DNA from: Mobula birostris
Taxonomy: Eukaryota
Length of the DNA stretch: 64,000 nucleotides
Assembly: GCF_030028105.1 (NCBI RefSeq)
Contig: NC_092401.1
Location: forward strand, 7,846,984 to 7,910,983
Direction: 5' to 3'
In this document: positions 38,001 to 53,000 of the stretch, piece by piece
How positions within the stretch are numbered: the first letter of the stretch is position 1
Layout: every line of letters starts with the position of its first letter
The notes under the pieces: generated by a model
Database searches by the model: none
The model's input: only the letters and a program-made list of their open reading frames with translations
Told to the model about the DNA's origin: nothing
Translations under genes and position numbers: made by a program

Positions 38001-41000
38001 GCCTTGGCAGTCAAAGTGAAGGATAATCCAAGGGGCTTTTACAAGTATATTAAGAGCAAAAGGATTGTAAGGGATAAAATTGGTCCTCTTGAAGATCAGA
38101 GTGGTCGGCTTTGTGCGGAACCAAAGGAAATGGGGGAGATCTTAAATAGGTTTTTTGCGTCTGTATTTACTAAGGAAGCTGGCATGAAATCTATAGAATT
38201 GAGGGAATCAAGTAGTGAGACCATGGAAACTGTACAGATTGAAAAGGAGGAGGTGCTTGCTGTCTTGAGGAAAATTAAAGTGGATAAATCCCCGGGACCT
38301 GACAGAGTGTTCCCTCGGACCTTGAAGGAGACTAGTGTTGAAATTGCGGGGGCCCTGGCAGAAATATTTAAAATGTCGCTGTCCACGGGTGAAGTGCCGG
38401 AGGATTGGAGAGTGGCTCATGTTGTTCCGGTGTTTAAAAAAGGATCGAAGAGTAATCCGGGAAATTATAGGCTGGTGAGTTTAACATCAGCAGTAGGTAA
38501 TTTATTGGAGGGAGTACTAAGAGACAGAATCTACAAGCATTTGGATAGACAGGGGCTTATTAGGGAGAGTCAACATGGCTTTGTGCGTGGTAGGTCATGT
38601 TTGACCAATCTGTTGGAGTTTTTTGAGGAGGTTACCAGGAAAGTGGATGAAGGGAAGGCAGTGGATATTGTCTACATGGACTTCAGTAAGGCCTTTGACA
38701 AGGTCCCGCATGGGAGGTTAGTTAGGAAAATTCATTCGCTAGGTATACATGGAGAGGTGGTAAATTGGATTAGACATTGGCTCGATGGAAGAAGCCAGAG
38801 AGTGGTGGTAGAGAATTGCTTCTCTGAGTGGAGGCCTGTGACTAGTGGTGTGCCACAGGGATCAGTGCTGGGTCCATTGTTATTTGTCATCTATATCAAT
38901 GATCTGGATGATAATGTGGTAAATTGGATCAGCAAGTTTGCTGATGATACAAAGATTGGAGGTGTAGTAGACAGTGAGGAAGGTTTTCAGAGCCTGCAGA
39001 GGGACTTGGACCAGCTGGAAAAATGGGCTGAAAAATGGCAGATGGAGTTTAATACTGACAAGTGTGAGGTATTGCACGTTGGAAGGACAAACCAGCGTAG
39101 AACATACAGGGTTAATGGTAAGGAACTGAGGAGTGCAGTGGAACAGAGGGATCTGGGAATACAGATACAAAATTCCCTAAAAGTGTCATCACAGGTAGAT
39201 AGGGTAGTAAAGAGAGCTTTTGGTACATTGGCCTTTATTAATCAAAGTATTGAGTATAAGAGCTGGAATGTTATGATGAGATTGTATAAGGCATTGGTGA
39301 GGCCGAATCTAGAGTATTGTGTTCAGTTTTGGTCACCAAATTACAGGAAGGATATAAATAAGGTTGAAAGAGTGCAGAGAAGGTTTACAAGGATGTTGCC
39401 GGGACTTAAGAAACTCAGTTACAGAGAAAGGTTGATAGTTTAGGACTTTATTCCCTGGAGCATAGAAGAATGAGGGGAGATTTGATAGAGGTATATAAAA
39501 TTATGATGGGTATAGATAGAGTGAATGCAAGCAGGCTTTTTCCACTGAGGCAAGGGGAGAAAAAAACCAGAGGACATGGGTTAAGGGTGAAGGGGGAAAA
39601 GTTTAAAGGGAACATTAGGGGGGGCTTCTTCACACAGAGAGTGGTGGGAGTATGGAATGAGCTGCCAGATGAGGTGGTAAATGCGGTTCTTTTTTTAACA
39701 TTTAAGAATAAATTGGACAGATACATGGATGGGAGGTGTATGGAGGGATATGGTCCGTGTGCAGGTCAGTGGGACTAGGCAGAAAATGGTTCGGCACAGC
39801 CAAGAAGGGCCAAAGGGCCTGTTTCTGTGCTGTAGTTTCTATGGTTTCTATTAGCCAACCTGAGGTCCCCAAAAGTGCCTGACGAAGAGTCAAAAGCCTG
39901 AGTAAAACTCAACAGCCTTTAGTGTTGATAATCAGATCACTTACACTGGACATCGAGAGTGGCTGACTGCCGTTTAACAATGGTGTTGGAGTGATGGTGA
40001 AGTGTCAGCTCGGCCTCGCAGGTGAACTGCTGTCCATTCAGCTCTGCTCGTGGATTCACAGTGTGGTAGATAGTCAGCCCAATACTGGCTGACCTGTTCA
40101 CTAATATCTCACTTCCCTTCTTCAGTCTGAGTTGAAGTTCCCCTGAGACGTTAAACACACTGCAGGTAATATTCACTGGAATTCCCTCAGTGGTGATCGG
40201 GATTTGGATTTCAGGGTTGGAGAAAACTGTAACAACAGAGAACATTGTTAGAAACTTTCTCAAAGTGAGCTCTGCATCCCTTCTGTGCCACTAGACCGGG
40301 GTAGTCAACCTTAAGCACAAATGATTTACTAGCATGCGTTATTCATTAATTTGAGGAAAAGCATAACTAGATGTATTTAAATGGGTATTTCCCATGTTTC
40401 AAGTTTTTTATGGCATTTATCTGCCCCACCGTCCGCTCATTAATACGCGATCCTACCCACAGAGGCAAAAACCCCTGACCCCTGCACTAGACTGAGGTAG
40501 CAAATGGAACTCTTTTGAAGTCTGTCTGTGGTACAGCACCCACCTACCTCACTGTGTGTCTAGTGGCTAAAGAAGGTGCTGTGGGAATTATGAAAAACCC
40601 TTCCCACAGTTTGATCCATTTGCTGGCAGACTTTAATCTCACTTTCAGTTTCTATCTCTGACAAATTCAATTGCCAGTATTTGATTTTTCATTCTCTTTC
40701 TGCAATACTATATAAATATGTATATCTTACTGTAATTTATAATTTGTTCTTGTTATCATGCATTGTATTGTACTGCTGCTGCAAAACAATAAATTTCATG
40801 ACATGTGCCAATGGTGTTGAACCTGATTCTGATTAATGTCCAGGCTTATTCTCATGCTCCATTGAACCTGCTCCATTGATAAACCCATGGCTAAATAACT
40901 ACATCCAATTCAAAGGTTCATTTTATTGTCAAAGTTTGATACAGAATACAACTCTGGTATTCGTCTTCTCCAGATAGCCATGACATTCAGAAAAACTGTG

Positions 41001-44000
41001 GGCATTGTTGAAAGAAAAGTCATTGACATCCCCCTCCCCATGAAAAAGGTAAAGAAACAAAACTGGCAAACCCGCCCACCCCACCCCTCCTTTGCACAAA
41101 AACTAATGGATCGCCCACATAGAAAACAGCAGCTGGAACATCAAACCCCAAACCTCCCAACCCCTCCCTCACACAAAAATTATCAGATCGCCAACATGGA
41201 AAACAGCAGCTTGAACAAACACCAAACCACCAACCTCGTGAACAAAACAGCAACAATAATATCAAACCCTGACCTCCCAACTCCCTGCCTTAAAATCTAT
41301 TTTCCTTTTTCCCTGTAATTCTATTGATTTCTATTTCAAATATTGATTAACTGAGAATCTGCTCCGTGTTGCTGCCTGTTGACAGTCTAGGAGCAGGTGG
41401 GAAACTCTGAAAGATTACTGTCTAGTCAAAGTGCTCAATTATCCAGCATACTTACCGTACATGTCAATGGTAATGCTATCATTCTTTGATGAAACTGATG
41501 GATAGTCCTTAAAATCTGCCATACAGTTGAGTTCAGTCACACCGGTCTCTCGTGGTGTCCATGTAGCTGTTTCCTGGACTGTGGTGAGATTTGATCTACT
41601 GGCAACTGAATTCCATTCCTCACCATCCTGAAACCACCTTAATCTCACCTTCTCAGCAGGGTAGATGTTTGAGACCTCACATGTCCATGTGGTCTCCTGA
41701 TTTACTTCTACAGGGTCTCTGTTGAGGATCCTTGGAGACTCTGGAAAAGCTGCAATACACACAAGAAATTCACTGCATATTGGTTTGCCTTGGCCTGTTT
41801 CAGACACTGATGGAATGATGCAAAACTGACCAAACCTCTATAAGCCTCTGTACACAACCAGGAGTTCATCAAACCGACGTCAGTATCAGCAGGTTCCATA
41901 CTATGCTCTTTCTCTGAACTCTTTCTGCTCTTCAGGCATCCCAAAAATCTAACTCTGCTCCTCCCATGGGCAGTGATACAGGAGTAACGTTCACTGACTT
42001 ATCAAGAGTGTGATCTCAATGAGCAGCTAGTTTGGGGTGGCACGGTAGTGTAGTGGTTAGCACAACGCTTTACAGTGCAGGTGATCCATGTTCAATTCCC
42101 GATGCTGCCTGTAAGGAGTTTGTACGTTTTCCTGTGACCGTGTGGGTTTCCTCCCACAGTCCAAAGATGTACTGGTTGGTGGGTGAACTGGTCATTGTAA
42201 ATCGTAGTGTGATTAGGCTAGGGTTAAAATGGTGGATTGGTGGGCAGCGTGACTCGAAGGGCCGGGAGGGCCTATTCTGTGTTGTTGTCTTTCAATCTAT
42301 TTTGTTCTGCCCATACTGGCCCAAGAGAAGGGCTGATCCCTAAAAAAGGATCATGATTTTGCCCGGGACCGCAGGACCTGAGTTATGTGGAAAGATTGAA
42401 TAGGTTAGTACTTAATTCCTTGGAATGTAGAAGATTGAGAGGAGATATGATAGATTTATACAAAATTGTGAGGGGTATAGATAGGGTAAATGCAAGCAGG
42501 CTTTTCCCACAGAGGTTGGGTGGGACGACAACTAGAGGTCATGGGTTAAGGGTGAAAGGTGAAAAGTTTAAGGGGAACATGAGGGGAAACTTCATTCAGG
42601 TGGCTGTGAGGATGTGGAACGAGCTGCCAGTGCAAGTGGTGCATGTGAGCTCGATTTCAACATTTAAGAGAAGTTAGGGTAGGTACCTGGTTGGTAGGGG
42701 TATGGAGGGCTGTGGTGCTGATGCAGATTGACGGGAGCAGGTAGATTAAATGGTTCAGCACAAACTAGGTGGGCTGTACTTTTCTATGACTCTATCTATT
42801 ACCACCACCTGCACTGACCACCAAGAGGAACACGGGAGTATCAGGTAAGAGTGCAGAATTTGCAGAAGTTTGGAATTGTTTCAGTGATCTTCAGCCAAAT
42901 AATCTCTTCTACTTCCATGGTTCTCTGAAGTTGTAAACTTTCTGTCTCCGTTCAAGATAAACAAGAACAGATAAAACAAGAACTAAATGTGAAAGCTTTC
43001 AAAACAGGACCGCTCATTGCTTATTCTTGCCAATCTTTAACCAATGTGGGGAGAGGTTAAGGGGCAGTTTGATTTCAAAATGGAACTCACAGTACGTTTG
43101 CAGAGTTACAGATGCGTTTGTGATCCGTTTGGTCGTGTTAGGGCCTAAGTTCAACTCTGCCAAGCAGGTGTACACCAGTCCATCATCTGAAATACTTGGA
43201 CTGAAATTAAAGATGTTCTTCAGTTGACCATCATCTGGGAAACCTGGTTCCTCTGTGGAAATACGTTCTACAACCTCACTCCTTCTGAACCAGGTGAGTA
43301 CGAGTTTGTTCTTTGGATAGACCTTCGGGCCGGTACACTCCAGCTGATATGGTTTGTTAACTTCCAGCACGTCAGGAGGTGGAACAATGCTTATCTCTTG
43401 ATCTGTTAAAGGAGAATCATGTTAACAAAATTCATTCAAATTACAAATCTAGATTATACTTGTATCAAACTCAAGAAAATCTGCAGACACTGGAAATCCG
43501 CAGCAACACACACAAAATGCTGGAGGAACTCAGCAGGCCAGGCAGCATCTATGGAAAAGAGTGAACAGTCAATGCTTCGAGTTCAGACCCTTCATCAGGT
43601 TTGGTAAAAGAAGGGGAGAAGTCAGAACAAGAAGGTGGGAGGAGGGGAGGAAGAAGTACAATGTAAGTGAAAGGGGACACCAGGAACGGGGAGGGGGTGA
43701 AGTTAAGAGCCAGGAAATTGATTGGTGAAAGGGATACAGTAAAGGGCTGGGGAAGGTGGAATCTGATAGGAGAGGATCAAAGACCACGGAAGAAAGGGAA
43801 GGGGGAGGAGCACCACAGGGAGGTGATGGACGGGTAGGGAGATAAGGTGAGACAAGGAACAGGAAAGGGGAATGGTGAAGGAGAGAAGGGAGGCCAATTC
43901 AATGTTCATGCCATCAGGTTGGTAGTTACCCAGACAGAATATTTGTTTCCTTCTCTCACCCGATTTCCTTGCCTGCCCAGTTTCACCCATCACCTGCCAC

Positions 44001-47000
44001 CTTGTACTTCCTTCTTCCCTCCCCCAACTTCTCGTTCTGACTTCTCAGTCCTGAAGAAGGATTTCGGCCCAAAAAGTTGAATGTTTGCTCTTTTCCACAG
44101 CTGCTGCCTGGCCTGCTGAGTTCCTCCAGCATTTTGTACTTGTCCCACCTTTCTTTCCATTCACTGTCATTTCAGGTGACTTCAGAACTTTGAAATACTC
44201 CTTAATATTAAGCCTAACTTCATTAAAAATTTCTTCAAACTTTAATGAATGTCACTAACAAGTGGTGCTCAAGTGTAAAGTTATTTTACCATACATATGT
44301 ACACCACCAAATGAACCAACATCCCTCTGGAGCAAGGTGCACAACACAGTACACATACAGTAAACTCACAGACTACACATAAAGTAATATTACCACAAGT
44401 AACAAGGTGCATTTACAGCACAAGTTAAAATGTAAGCAGTATAATGCTACTGGTGCTTCACACCTGATGAGGCCTGGGTGGTGGCAGGGAGTTCAGTAAT
44501 CTTACAGCCTAGGGGAAGAAGCTCTCTCCCATCCTAACAATACCTGTTTTGATACTACAGTAACCCGTGTCTGATAGTAGGGGTCAAAGAGACTGTTGGA
44601 CGGATGGCAGGGATCATTGTCGATGCTAAGGGCCCTGCATACCTAGCACTCCTGATAAATATCTTCCATGGGTGGAAGAGAGACCCAATGATCCTTTCAG
44701 CAGTCCTTACAATTATTTGTATGGACTTACGGTCAGGTGCCTTGCAATTCCCGTACCAGATAGATATGCAGCTGGTCAGGACACTCTCAATGGTGTTCCT
44801 GTAAAAATTGTTAGCATGGGGTGGCGGGACAGGGTGGGGGTGTGGGAAATGGAAAGCCTTGCTTGCCCCCAATCTCCTCAGGAAATGGAGATGCTGTTGT
44901 ACTTTCTTATCCAAAGAAGTGGTGTTGAGGGACCAGGTGAGACTGTCCATTACGTGCACCCCCAGAAACTTGGTGCTCCTAACTCTATCCACAGAGGAGC
45001 CAAGTCTGCAATCCTCTTTTTAGCGAAGAGCAATAGTACGTGGGCCAGGCCTGGAAATAACACAATTTCTTCAGTCCAGAGTTCTCATGATAGTCCAAAT
45101 ACAGAAGCATCACATTGCTTTTCAGTAACTTTTGTCAGTTTGAGCAAAGTCTAAGAGAACAGTGGGTTAACAAGAGATGAGGTGATGATGTGATCATTGT
45201 AATCCAATATGAGGCACTGTGGATCAAATCCATCCAGAAGTAATTCATTTCTTAACTTAAGCCTGCAATCCCTCACGTAGAAAAATATTTACTTTTGTTT
45301 TTGTATTTGCACAGTTTGTTGTCTTTCGCACACTTGTTGTTTCTCTGCCGTGTTGGATGTGGCCTTTCATTGATTCCATTGTGTTTCTTGGATTAACTGT
45401 GCCCACAAGAAGGTGAATCTCCAGGTTGTATATGGTGACATGCTGCATGTAACACCCCAGGAAAGGTTTCACTGCTGACGTAATGGTCTTTCTGTAGAAG
45501 CTGTGTTTGGGTTATGGTTAGAGATAACGGGGTGCTGTGGAATGTGATCCGTCCAATGAAGGGAGTGTGTTTCGTGTTGTGTGCCTGACACCGGGGTGAG
45601 TTGGGTCTTTTGTTAGGCAGGGATGAAGGGAGAAGTTGCCGGAGAGAAGAGGTCATAAGACCCGACCCAGAGTGGGCCCATGAATGGACGAAGCCCGGCG
45701 TGACCGAAGGAGGGTTGGCAACGTGAGCTCCAACTTGTGCACATTAGACTATTTCATTAAAATTGTCCCTTTTCTTTTTTTGCTTTTTCTTTACTAACCC
45801 TTTAGTTGAAATGAAGATTATAAAGCTGAATTGTTTAATTGCATGTGGTGTACTATCTGTTATTTCGTGTTACCTATTTGTAACAGGGTAACAAATCACG
45901 CAGCATCCACGCCAACAGGGGCTTCGGGGTGGGCTCGCGGCTCAATCTCACACGTTTGGTAGAGCCGGAGATTGTATTGCCTAGATTTACGCAGCCATCG
46001 GAACCAGAGCGTTTCAATTGTGGGGGTATCATCTGGGATCGATTTCGTTGGATGTTGTGTAATTGCCCTGAGCATTGATCCTGTACGTGGTTATGGATGC
46101 TGTCGGGGTTGAGCAGTGGTGCGAATCCATGTATCCCTGATGAATTATTAATTGGAATTTTAAGTACTGTTAAAGCTGCAGGACAAGTTACGATTGTGGA
46201 GTGGAAGTTTGATTAAACGGCAGGTTTCGGCTGTTTAAGTCCAGACGAGCGCTGACGTAACGCAGTGCTCCCTGCTACTACTGGGGCTACGGGGGGGTGG
46301 GGCATGAGCTGTCCACACTTTCCGGGAAGAGGAGAGTGTAGGGAAGTGGGCCGAATCGCAAGTTGAGTCTCCCGTAGCTGGGGATGGAGACTTCAAAGAC
46401 AGGGTGTTCTCGTTTCCGCGGAGCGAGGGGAAGCAGTGGTCTTATTTGGAATGTCCAATGAGTCCCCGAGCGAGGACAGAGAATTCTGAGTTGATAGCAG
46501 TCCTTACATCTCTGGCGAATAAATGGAAAAATGCCCAGGTTCAAAGTCCCAGCTATGGTAGGCTCTGCCTGTTCTCAGGAAGGAAGCCCACCCCTAAAGG
46601 GGAAGAGGAGGATGAGATTTGGGTGGAGCAGACCTCCCAGTTGTGAGATGAGTGACAGTGCTCTGATAACGTTAGACAACAGCGATTGGTTGAAAGTTTG
46701 AGTGGGCGGGCTGATGACGTAGTGAGAACCCCCTTGCCACTTCTGCAGCCGACATGCAAGCGCTAGGAAAGGTGTTTGGTGTGACGGGAAGCCCAATCGA
46801 GCTCATGACGGGGTTTCAGATCGTGCGTCAGGAAGAGGGGGAGAAGCTTTCCGCCTTCATCTTTCGGCTAGAGAGGCAGCTAAATTGTTTGCGGTGTAGA
46901 GAGGCCATTCAGACGGCTGAGGTGAATCAGTTAAGGACGGACCAAATAGCAAAAGGCGCCCACTCCCAGAACCTGATCGCCTGGGGTCTCTGACTGTCTG

Positions 47001-50000
47001 GTAAGACGTGCCCCCCTCCATCGTTTGTTGAGCTGATCAGAGAAGTACAAGAGGAGAGAATGCATCCATCAGCAGGGTACAGTCCTCGGTAGTGGGCCTT
47101 TTGTTGAAGTGACCACAGGTAACTTGCCCCGGGGAATGGTAGATGAGATTGTGGCAGAGTTGAGAACTGAGATGTCCCGGTTGTTATCAGAGGGTGTGCC
47201 CCCCCCCCCATAATGGTGCTGATAGGGAGGCCCTCTGAGGAGACGGACAATGCAGGGGGCTGCAAGTGGCCAGGGTCCGGTATTGTCCGCTATAACTGTG
47301 TGAAGAGAGACACCAGGCGGGAGTGTGAACGATGGAAAACCCTTCGGAGAGTGTGTCCCCGGGTACCTAAGCAGAGAGAGACATTGGGAAAACTTAGAAG
47401 AGACCTAGTGAGGGAATTGCCTGGCGTGTCGGGGGAACACATTCCCAGCAATATATCAACGAACACCCCACAGAAAAAATCCTATTCCCGAAGAGTTAGT
47501 GGGGCCAAGCTCCAGTGTATCACTGCAGATAGAGGGTATTTATACTAGAGCCATACCGGGCACAGGGTCGCAGGTCACTTTGCTGTACTGCTCGTTTTAC
47601 AACCAGTATTTGACACAATTACCATTGCCACCATTCAGTGCACAAGAGATCTGGGGACTCTGTGCGGATGTGCAAGTGGCTGAGGCCCTCGATACATTAG
47701 TGCTGATTTGTCTGGACCCTGTTGAGAGGGTCAGAATTTCACTTCTTTTAGGGACAAATACTTCTATTGGTATGAGGCTAATGGGAGCCTGCAAAGAGAG
47801 AACTGGAGGGAGCTTTCTAAAGACATTGTCTGTTCACCTGGTGTTTCAAGCTGCTCTCGAGGAAGTATGTGGCCACACTGGGCAGGATAATGAGCTTAGA
47901 CAAGGGACTGTGTGGTTTACCCAGTCAAAACCAATTGTGTTGCGGCCTGGGTAAGTAGCGAGAGTGATGGGAAACCCCAAATTTGCCAGATTGCCCGACG
48001 GCGAGGCCCGCTTAGTGAATGCTCCAGAAGACCACGAGGAGGAGTCGGGATTATCTGCTGGGGTTCTAGTGAGGCCCAAACTGCAGAAGCCCTTGGTTCT
48101 ACAGGCAAACAGGATGGCAGTGGCTCTCAGGAACACTATGAAGAGAGAGGTCACCTTCAAGCAGGGGATGCCCCCGACGCATCTCTTTGCGGTGACGGTC
48201 ATGAGACAAGCCAGAGGGAAACTATCTGCAAAAGGGGGAAAGTTGACCACTGAGTTATTCAAATTTGGGTAATCCCTGGTACCTGCGGGCTGGAAGACAT
48301 GATGTTGAAGCTGGAAGGTGTCTTTTCCACTGACGAGTTTGATGTGGGTTGTTCCAAGAGCACTCATCACACTATCCGTGTGACTGAGGACAGCCCGTTC
48401 AGAGAAAGGTCACGGTGACTGGCCCCTGCACAGGTGGAGGACGTTCGGCAGCACTTGTGCAAGTTGAAGGAAGCTGGGATCTTCAATTAGCCCAGAATCC
48501 CCTATGTGTCCCCAATAGTCATAGCCAGGAAGAAGAATGGGAAGGTACGGATGTGTGTGGTCTATAGGACTCCGAACAGTACAGCCCTAACCAGTATACT
48601 GTCCCGAGTATTGAAGACGCGCTGGCCTGCTTGAGTGGTGCAAAGTGGTTTAGTGTGCTGGACTTGAGGAGTGGATATTACCAGATCCCCATGAGTGAGG
48701 CTGACAAAGATAAGGCGGCATTTATAAGTCCACTGGGATATTCCAATTCGAAAGGATGACCCAGGGCATATCGGGACCCTCTGCGACCTTCCAGCGAGTC
48801 ATGGAGAAAACGATGGAGGATATAAACTTGGTGTATTGGTGTATCTGGATGAATTCATAGTCTGTGGTCAGCGGTCAGAAAAGGAGATATGGCCCAGGCG
48901 GAGAAGATGAAACACGTTGTGGTACCTCCATTACTGAGAGAATGGCTCAGATTGGAATTGAGGAACCAGATCCTATTCCGGGTCACGTCGCCTATGGACC
49001 ACCCTCAACATTCCCAGCTGGTTCTGCCTGAGAAGTATCAGAGGATGTGTTGAAGTCACTTCATGATGACTCTGGACATCTGGGGGTTGACAAGACCTGT
49101 GGATTGCTCAGAGATTGGTTTTACTGGCCCCAAATGAAACTGGAGGTGGAAGAATACTGCAGGTCGTACATTCGATGCATACAGAGGGAGACGCTGCCTA
49201 TGAGGGCCACTCCGTCGTCCCACTTGCAGAGTGTGGGACTCCTTGACCTGGTGTGTATGGATTCCCTATCAATAGAGCCAGGTGCAAGCAACGTGGCGAA
49301 TGTCTCAGTCATCACAGATCACTACACCAGGTATGCTCAAGCTTTCCCTACTAAGATCAGAGGGCATCCATGGTGGCCAAAGTTTTATGGGAGAGGTATT
49401 TCATTTGTATGGTATCCCCAGGTGGATACATAGTGATCAGGGATGAGATTCCGAGAGTAGGCTCATACATGAGTTACTGAGCATGCTCAGAGTCGAGAAG
49501 TCAAGGACTACTCCGTATCACCCGCAGGGTGATCCCTGCCCGAGAGGTTTAATTGGACCTTGCTAGACATGCTCGGAACCTTGGAAATCAGCAAGAAGAA
49601 CAAGTGGAGTCAACACATTGGACATCTGTTTCACTGCTACAACTGTACACGAAATGCAACTACCGGGTACTTGCCATATTATCTGATGTTTGGACACGAG
49701 ACAAGGTTGTCCATTGACCTTTGTTTTGGGACTGGTGAGGATGACATTCTCCCTGTCATCACGTGGGTTTCCTCCGGGTGCCCTGGTTTCTTCCCACAGT
49801 CCAAAGACATACCGGTTGGGAGGTTAATACAACCTCAATGCAAGAAGTATCAGGAACAAAGGTGATGAACTGAGAGCTTGGATACATACATGGAATTGTG
49901 ATGTAGTGGCCATTACAGAGACTTGGCTTGCACCAGGGCAGGAATGGATTCTCAATATTTCTGGATTTCAGTGCTTTAAAAGGGATAGAGAGGGGGAAAA

Positions 50001-53000
50001 AGGGGAGGAGGGGTGGCATTACTGGTCAGGGATACTATTACAGCTACAGAAAGGGTGGGTAATGTGGCAGGATCCTCTTTTGAGTCAGTATGGGTGGAAG
50101 TCAGGAACAGGAAGGGAGCAGTTACTCTATTGGGGGTATTCTATAGGCCCCCTGATAGCAGCAGAGATACAGAGGAGCAGATTGGGAGGCAGATTTTGGA
50201 AAGGTGCAAAAATAACAGGGTTGTTATCATGGGTGACTTTAACTTCCCTAATATTGATTGGCACCTAATTAGTTCCAAGGGTTTAGATGGGGCAGAGTTT
50301 GTTAAGTGTGTCCAGGATGGATTCCTGTCACAGTATGTGGACAGACCAACTAGGGGGAATGCCATACTAGATCTAGTACTAGGTAATGAACCGGGTCAGG
50401 TCACAGATCTCTCAGTGGGTGAGCATCTGGGGGACAGTGACCACCGCTCCCTGGCCTTTAGCATTATCATGGAAAAGGATAGAATCAGAGAGGACAGGAA
50501 AATTTTTAATTGGGGAAGGGCAAATTATGATGCTATAAGGCTAGAACTTGCGGGTGTGAATTGGGATGATGTTTTTGCAGGGAAATGTACTATGGACATG
50601 TGGTCGATGTTTAGAGATCTCTTGCAAGATGTTAGGGATAAATTTGTCCCGGTGAGGAAGATAAGGAATGGTAGGGTGAAGGAGTCATGGGTGACAAGTG
50701 AGGTGGAAAATCTAGTCAGGAGGAAGAAGGCAGCATACATGAGGTTTAGGAAGCAAGGATCAGATGGGTCTATTGAGGAATATAGGGAAGCAAGAAAGGA
50801 GCTTAAGAAGGGGCTGAGAAGAGCAAGAAGGGGGCATGAGAAGGCCTTGGCGAGTAGGGTAAAGGAAAACCCCAAGGCATTCTTCAATTATGTGAAGAAA
50901 AAAAGGATGACAGAAGTGAAGGTAGGACCGATTAGAGATAAAGGTGGGAAGATGTGCCTGGAGGCTGTGGAAGCGAGCGAGGTCCTCAATGAATACTTCT
51001 CTTCAGTACTCACCAATGAGAGGGAACTTGGTGATGGTGAGGACAATATGAGTGAGGTTGATGTTCTGGAGCATGTTGATATTAAGGGAGAGGAGGTGTT
51101 GGAGTTGTTAAAATACATTAGGATGAATAAGTCCCCGGGGCTGGACGGATATTCTCCAGGCTGCTCTATGAGGCAAGGGAGGAGATTGCTGAGCCTCTGG
51201 CTAGGATCTTTATGTCCTCATTGTCCACGGGAATGGTACTGGAGGTTTGGAGGGAGGCGAATGCTGTCCCCTTGTTCAAAAAAGGTAGTAGGGATAGTCT
51301 GGGTAATTATAGACCAGTGAGCCTTACATCTGTGGTGGGAAAGCTGCTGGAAAAGATTCTTAGGGATAGGATCTATGAGCATTTAGAGAATCATGGTCTG
51401 ATCAGGGACAGTCAGCATGGCTTTGTGAAGGGCAGATCGTGTCTAACAAGCCTGATAGAGTTCTTTGAGGAGGTGACCAGGCATATAGGTGAGGGTAGTG
51501 CAGTGGATGTGATCTATATGGATTTTAGTAAGGCATTTGACAAGGTTCCACACGGTAGGCTTATTCAGAAAGTCAGAAGGCATGGGATCCAGGGAAGTTT
51601 GGCCAGGTGGATTCAGAATTGGCTTGCCTGCAGAAGGCAGAGGGTGGTGGTGGAGGGAGTACATTCAGATTGGAGGATTGTAACTAGTGGTGTCCCACAA
51701 GGATCTGTTCTGGGACCTCTACTTTTCGTGATTTTTATTAACGAGCTGGATGTTGGGGTAGAAGGCTGGGTTGGCAAGTTTGCAGATGACACAAAGGTTG
51801 GTGGTGTTGTAGATAGTGTAGAGGATTGTCAAAGATTGCAGAGAGACATTGATAGGATGCAGAAGTGGGCTGAGAAGTGGCAGATGGAGTTCAACCCGGA
51901 GAAGTGTGAGGTGGTACACTTTAAGGACAAGCTCCAAGGCAGAGTACAAAGTAAATGGCAGGATACTTGGTAGTGTGGAGGAGCAGAGGGATCTGGGGGT
52001 ACATGTCCACAGATCCCTGAAAGTTGCCTCACAGGTGGATAGGGTAGTTAAGAAAGCTTATGGGGTGTCAGCTTTCATAAGTCAAGGGATAGAGTTTAAG
52101 AGTCACACTGTAATGATGCAGCTCTATAAAACTCTGGTTAGGCCACACTTGGAGTACTGTGTCCAGTTCTGGTTGCCTCACTATAGGAAGGATGTGGAAG
52201 CATTGGAAAGGGTACAGAGATTTACCAGGATGCTGCCTGGTTTAGAGAGTATGCATTATGATCAGAGATTAAGGGAGCTAGGGCTTTACTCTTTGGAGAG
52301 AAGGAGGATGAGAGGAGACATGATAGAGGTGTACAAGATAATAAGAGGAATAGATAGAGTGGATAGCCAGTGCCTCTTCCCCAGGGCACCACTGCTCAAT
52401 ACAAGAGGACATGGCTTTAAGGTAAGGGGTAGGAAGTTCAGGAGGGATACTAGAGGAAGAATTTTTACTCAGAGAGTGGTTGGTGCGTGGAATGCACTGC
52501 CTGAGTCAGTGGTGGAGGCAGATACACTAGTGAAATTTAAGAGACTACTAGACAATTATATGGAGGAATTTAAGGTGGGGGGTTATATGGGAGGCAGGGT
52601 TTGAGGGTCGGCACAACATTATGGGCCAAAGGGCCTGTACTGTGCTGTACTATTCTATTTTCTATGTTAATTGGTCATTGTAAAGTGTCCCATGATCAGG
52701 CTAGGGTTAAATCAGGGGATCACTGGGCAGTGAGGCTCAAAGGGCCAGAATGGCCTATTCTGTGTTGTATCTGAATAAATAAAAATAAATATAACACAGT
52801 ACAAAATAAAAATAAAATATAACTCAGTACAGCCCTTCAGCCCATCTTGTGCACATTGACCATGATACCATTCTAACTGCCTGCACAAAGCCTGTGTCCC
52901 TCTATTCCCTGCCTGTCTAAATATTATTAAAAGTTAAATCATACCTGCTTCTGCGAGCACGTTCCAGGAAGCTACCACTCTTTATGTGACAAAAAAATGA

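Larger units (their letters stand above)
39905..43420. repeat. Internal tandem duplication, copy B (D5-D7 block)
   Basis: Exons and internal introns (shared SINE and CR1 fragments) align with 53400-57625. Similarity stops about 15-40 nt outside the terminal exons. Confidence 0.95.

Noticed and set aside
37680-39443. 587-aa ORF as a host gene
   Set aside because: It is a CR1 ORF2 fragment that is 5'-truncated and frameshifted near its 3' end.
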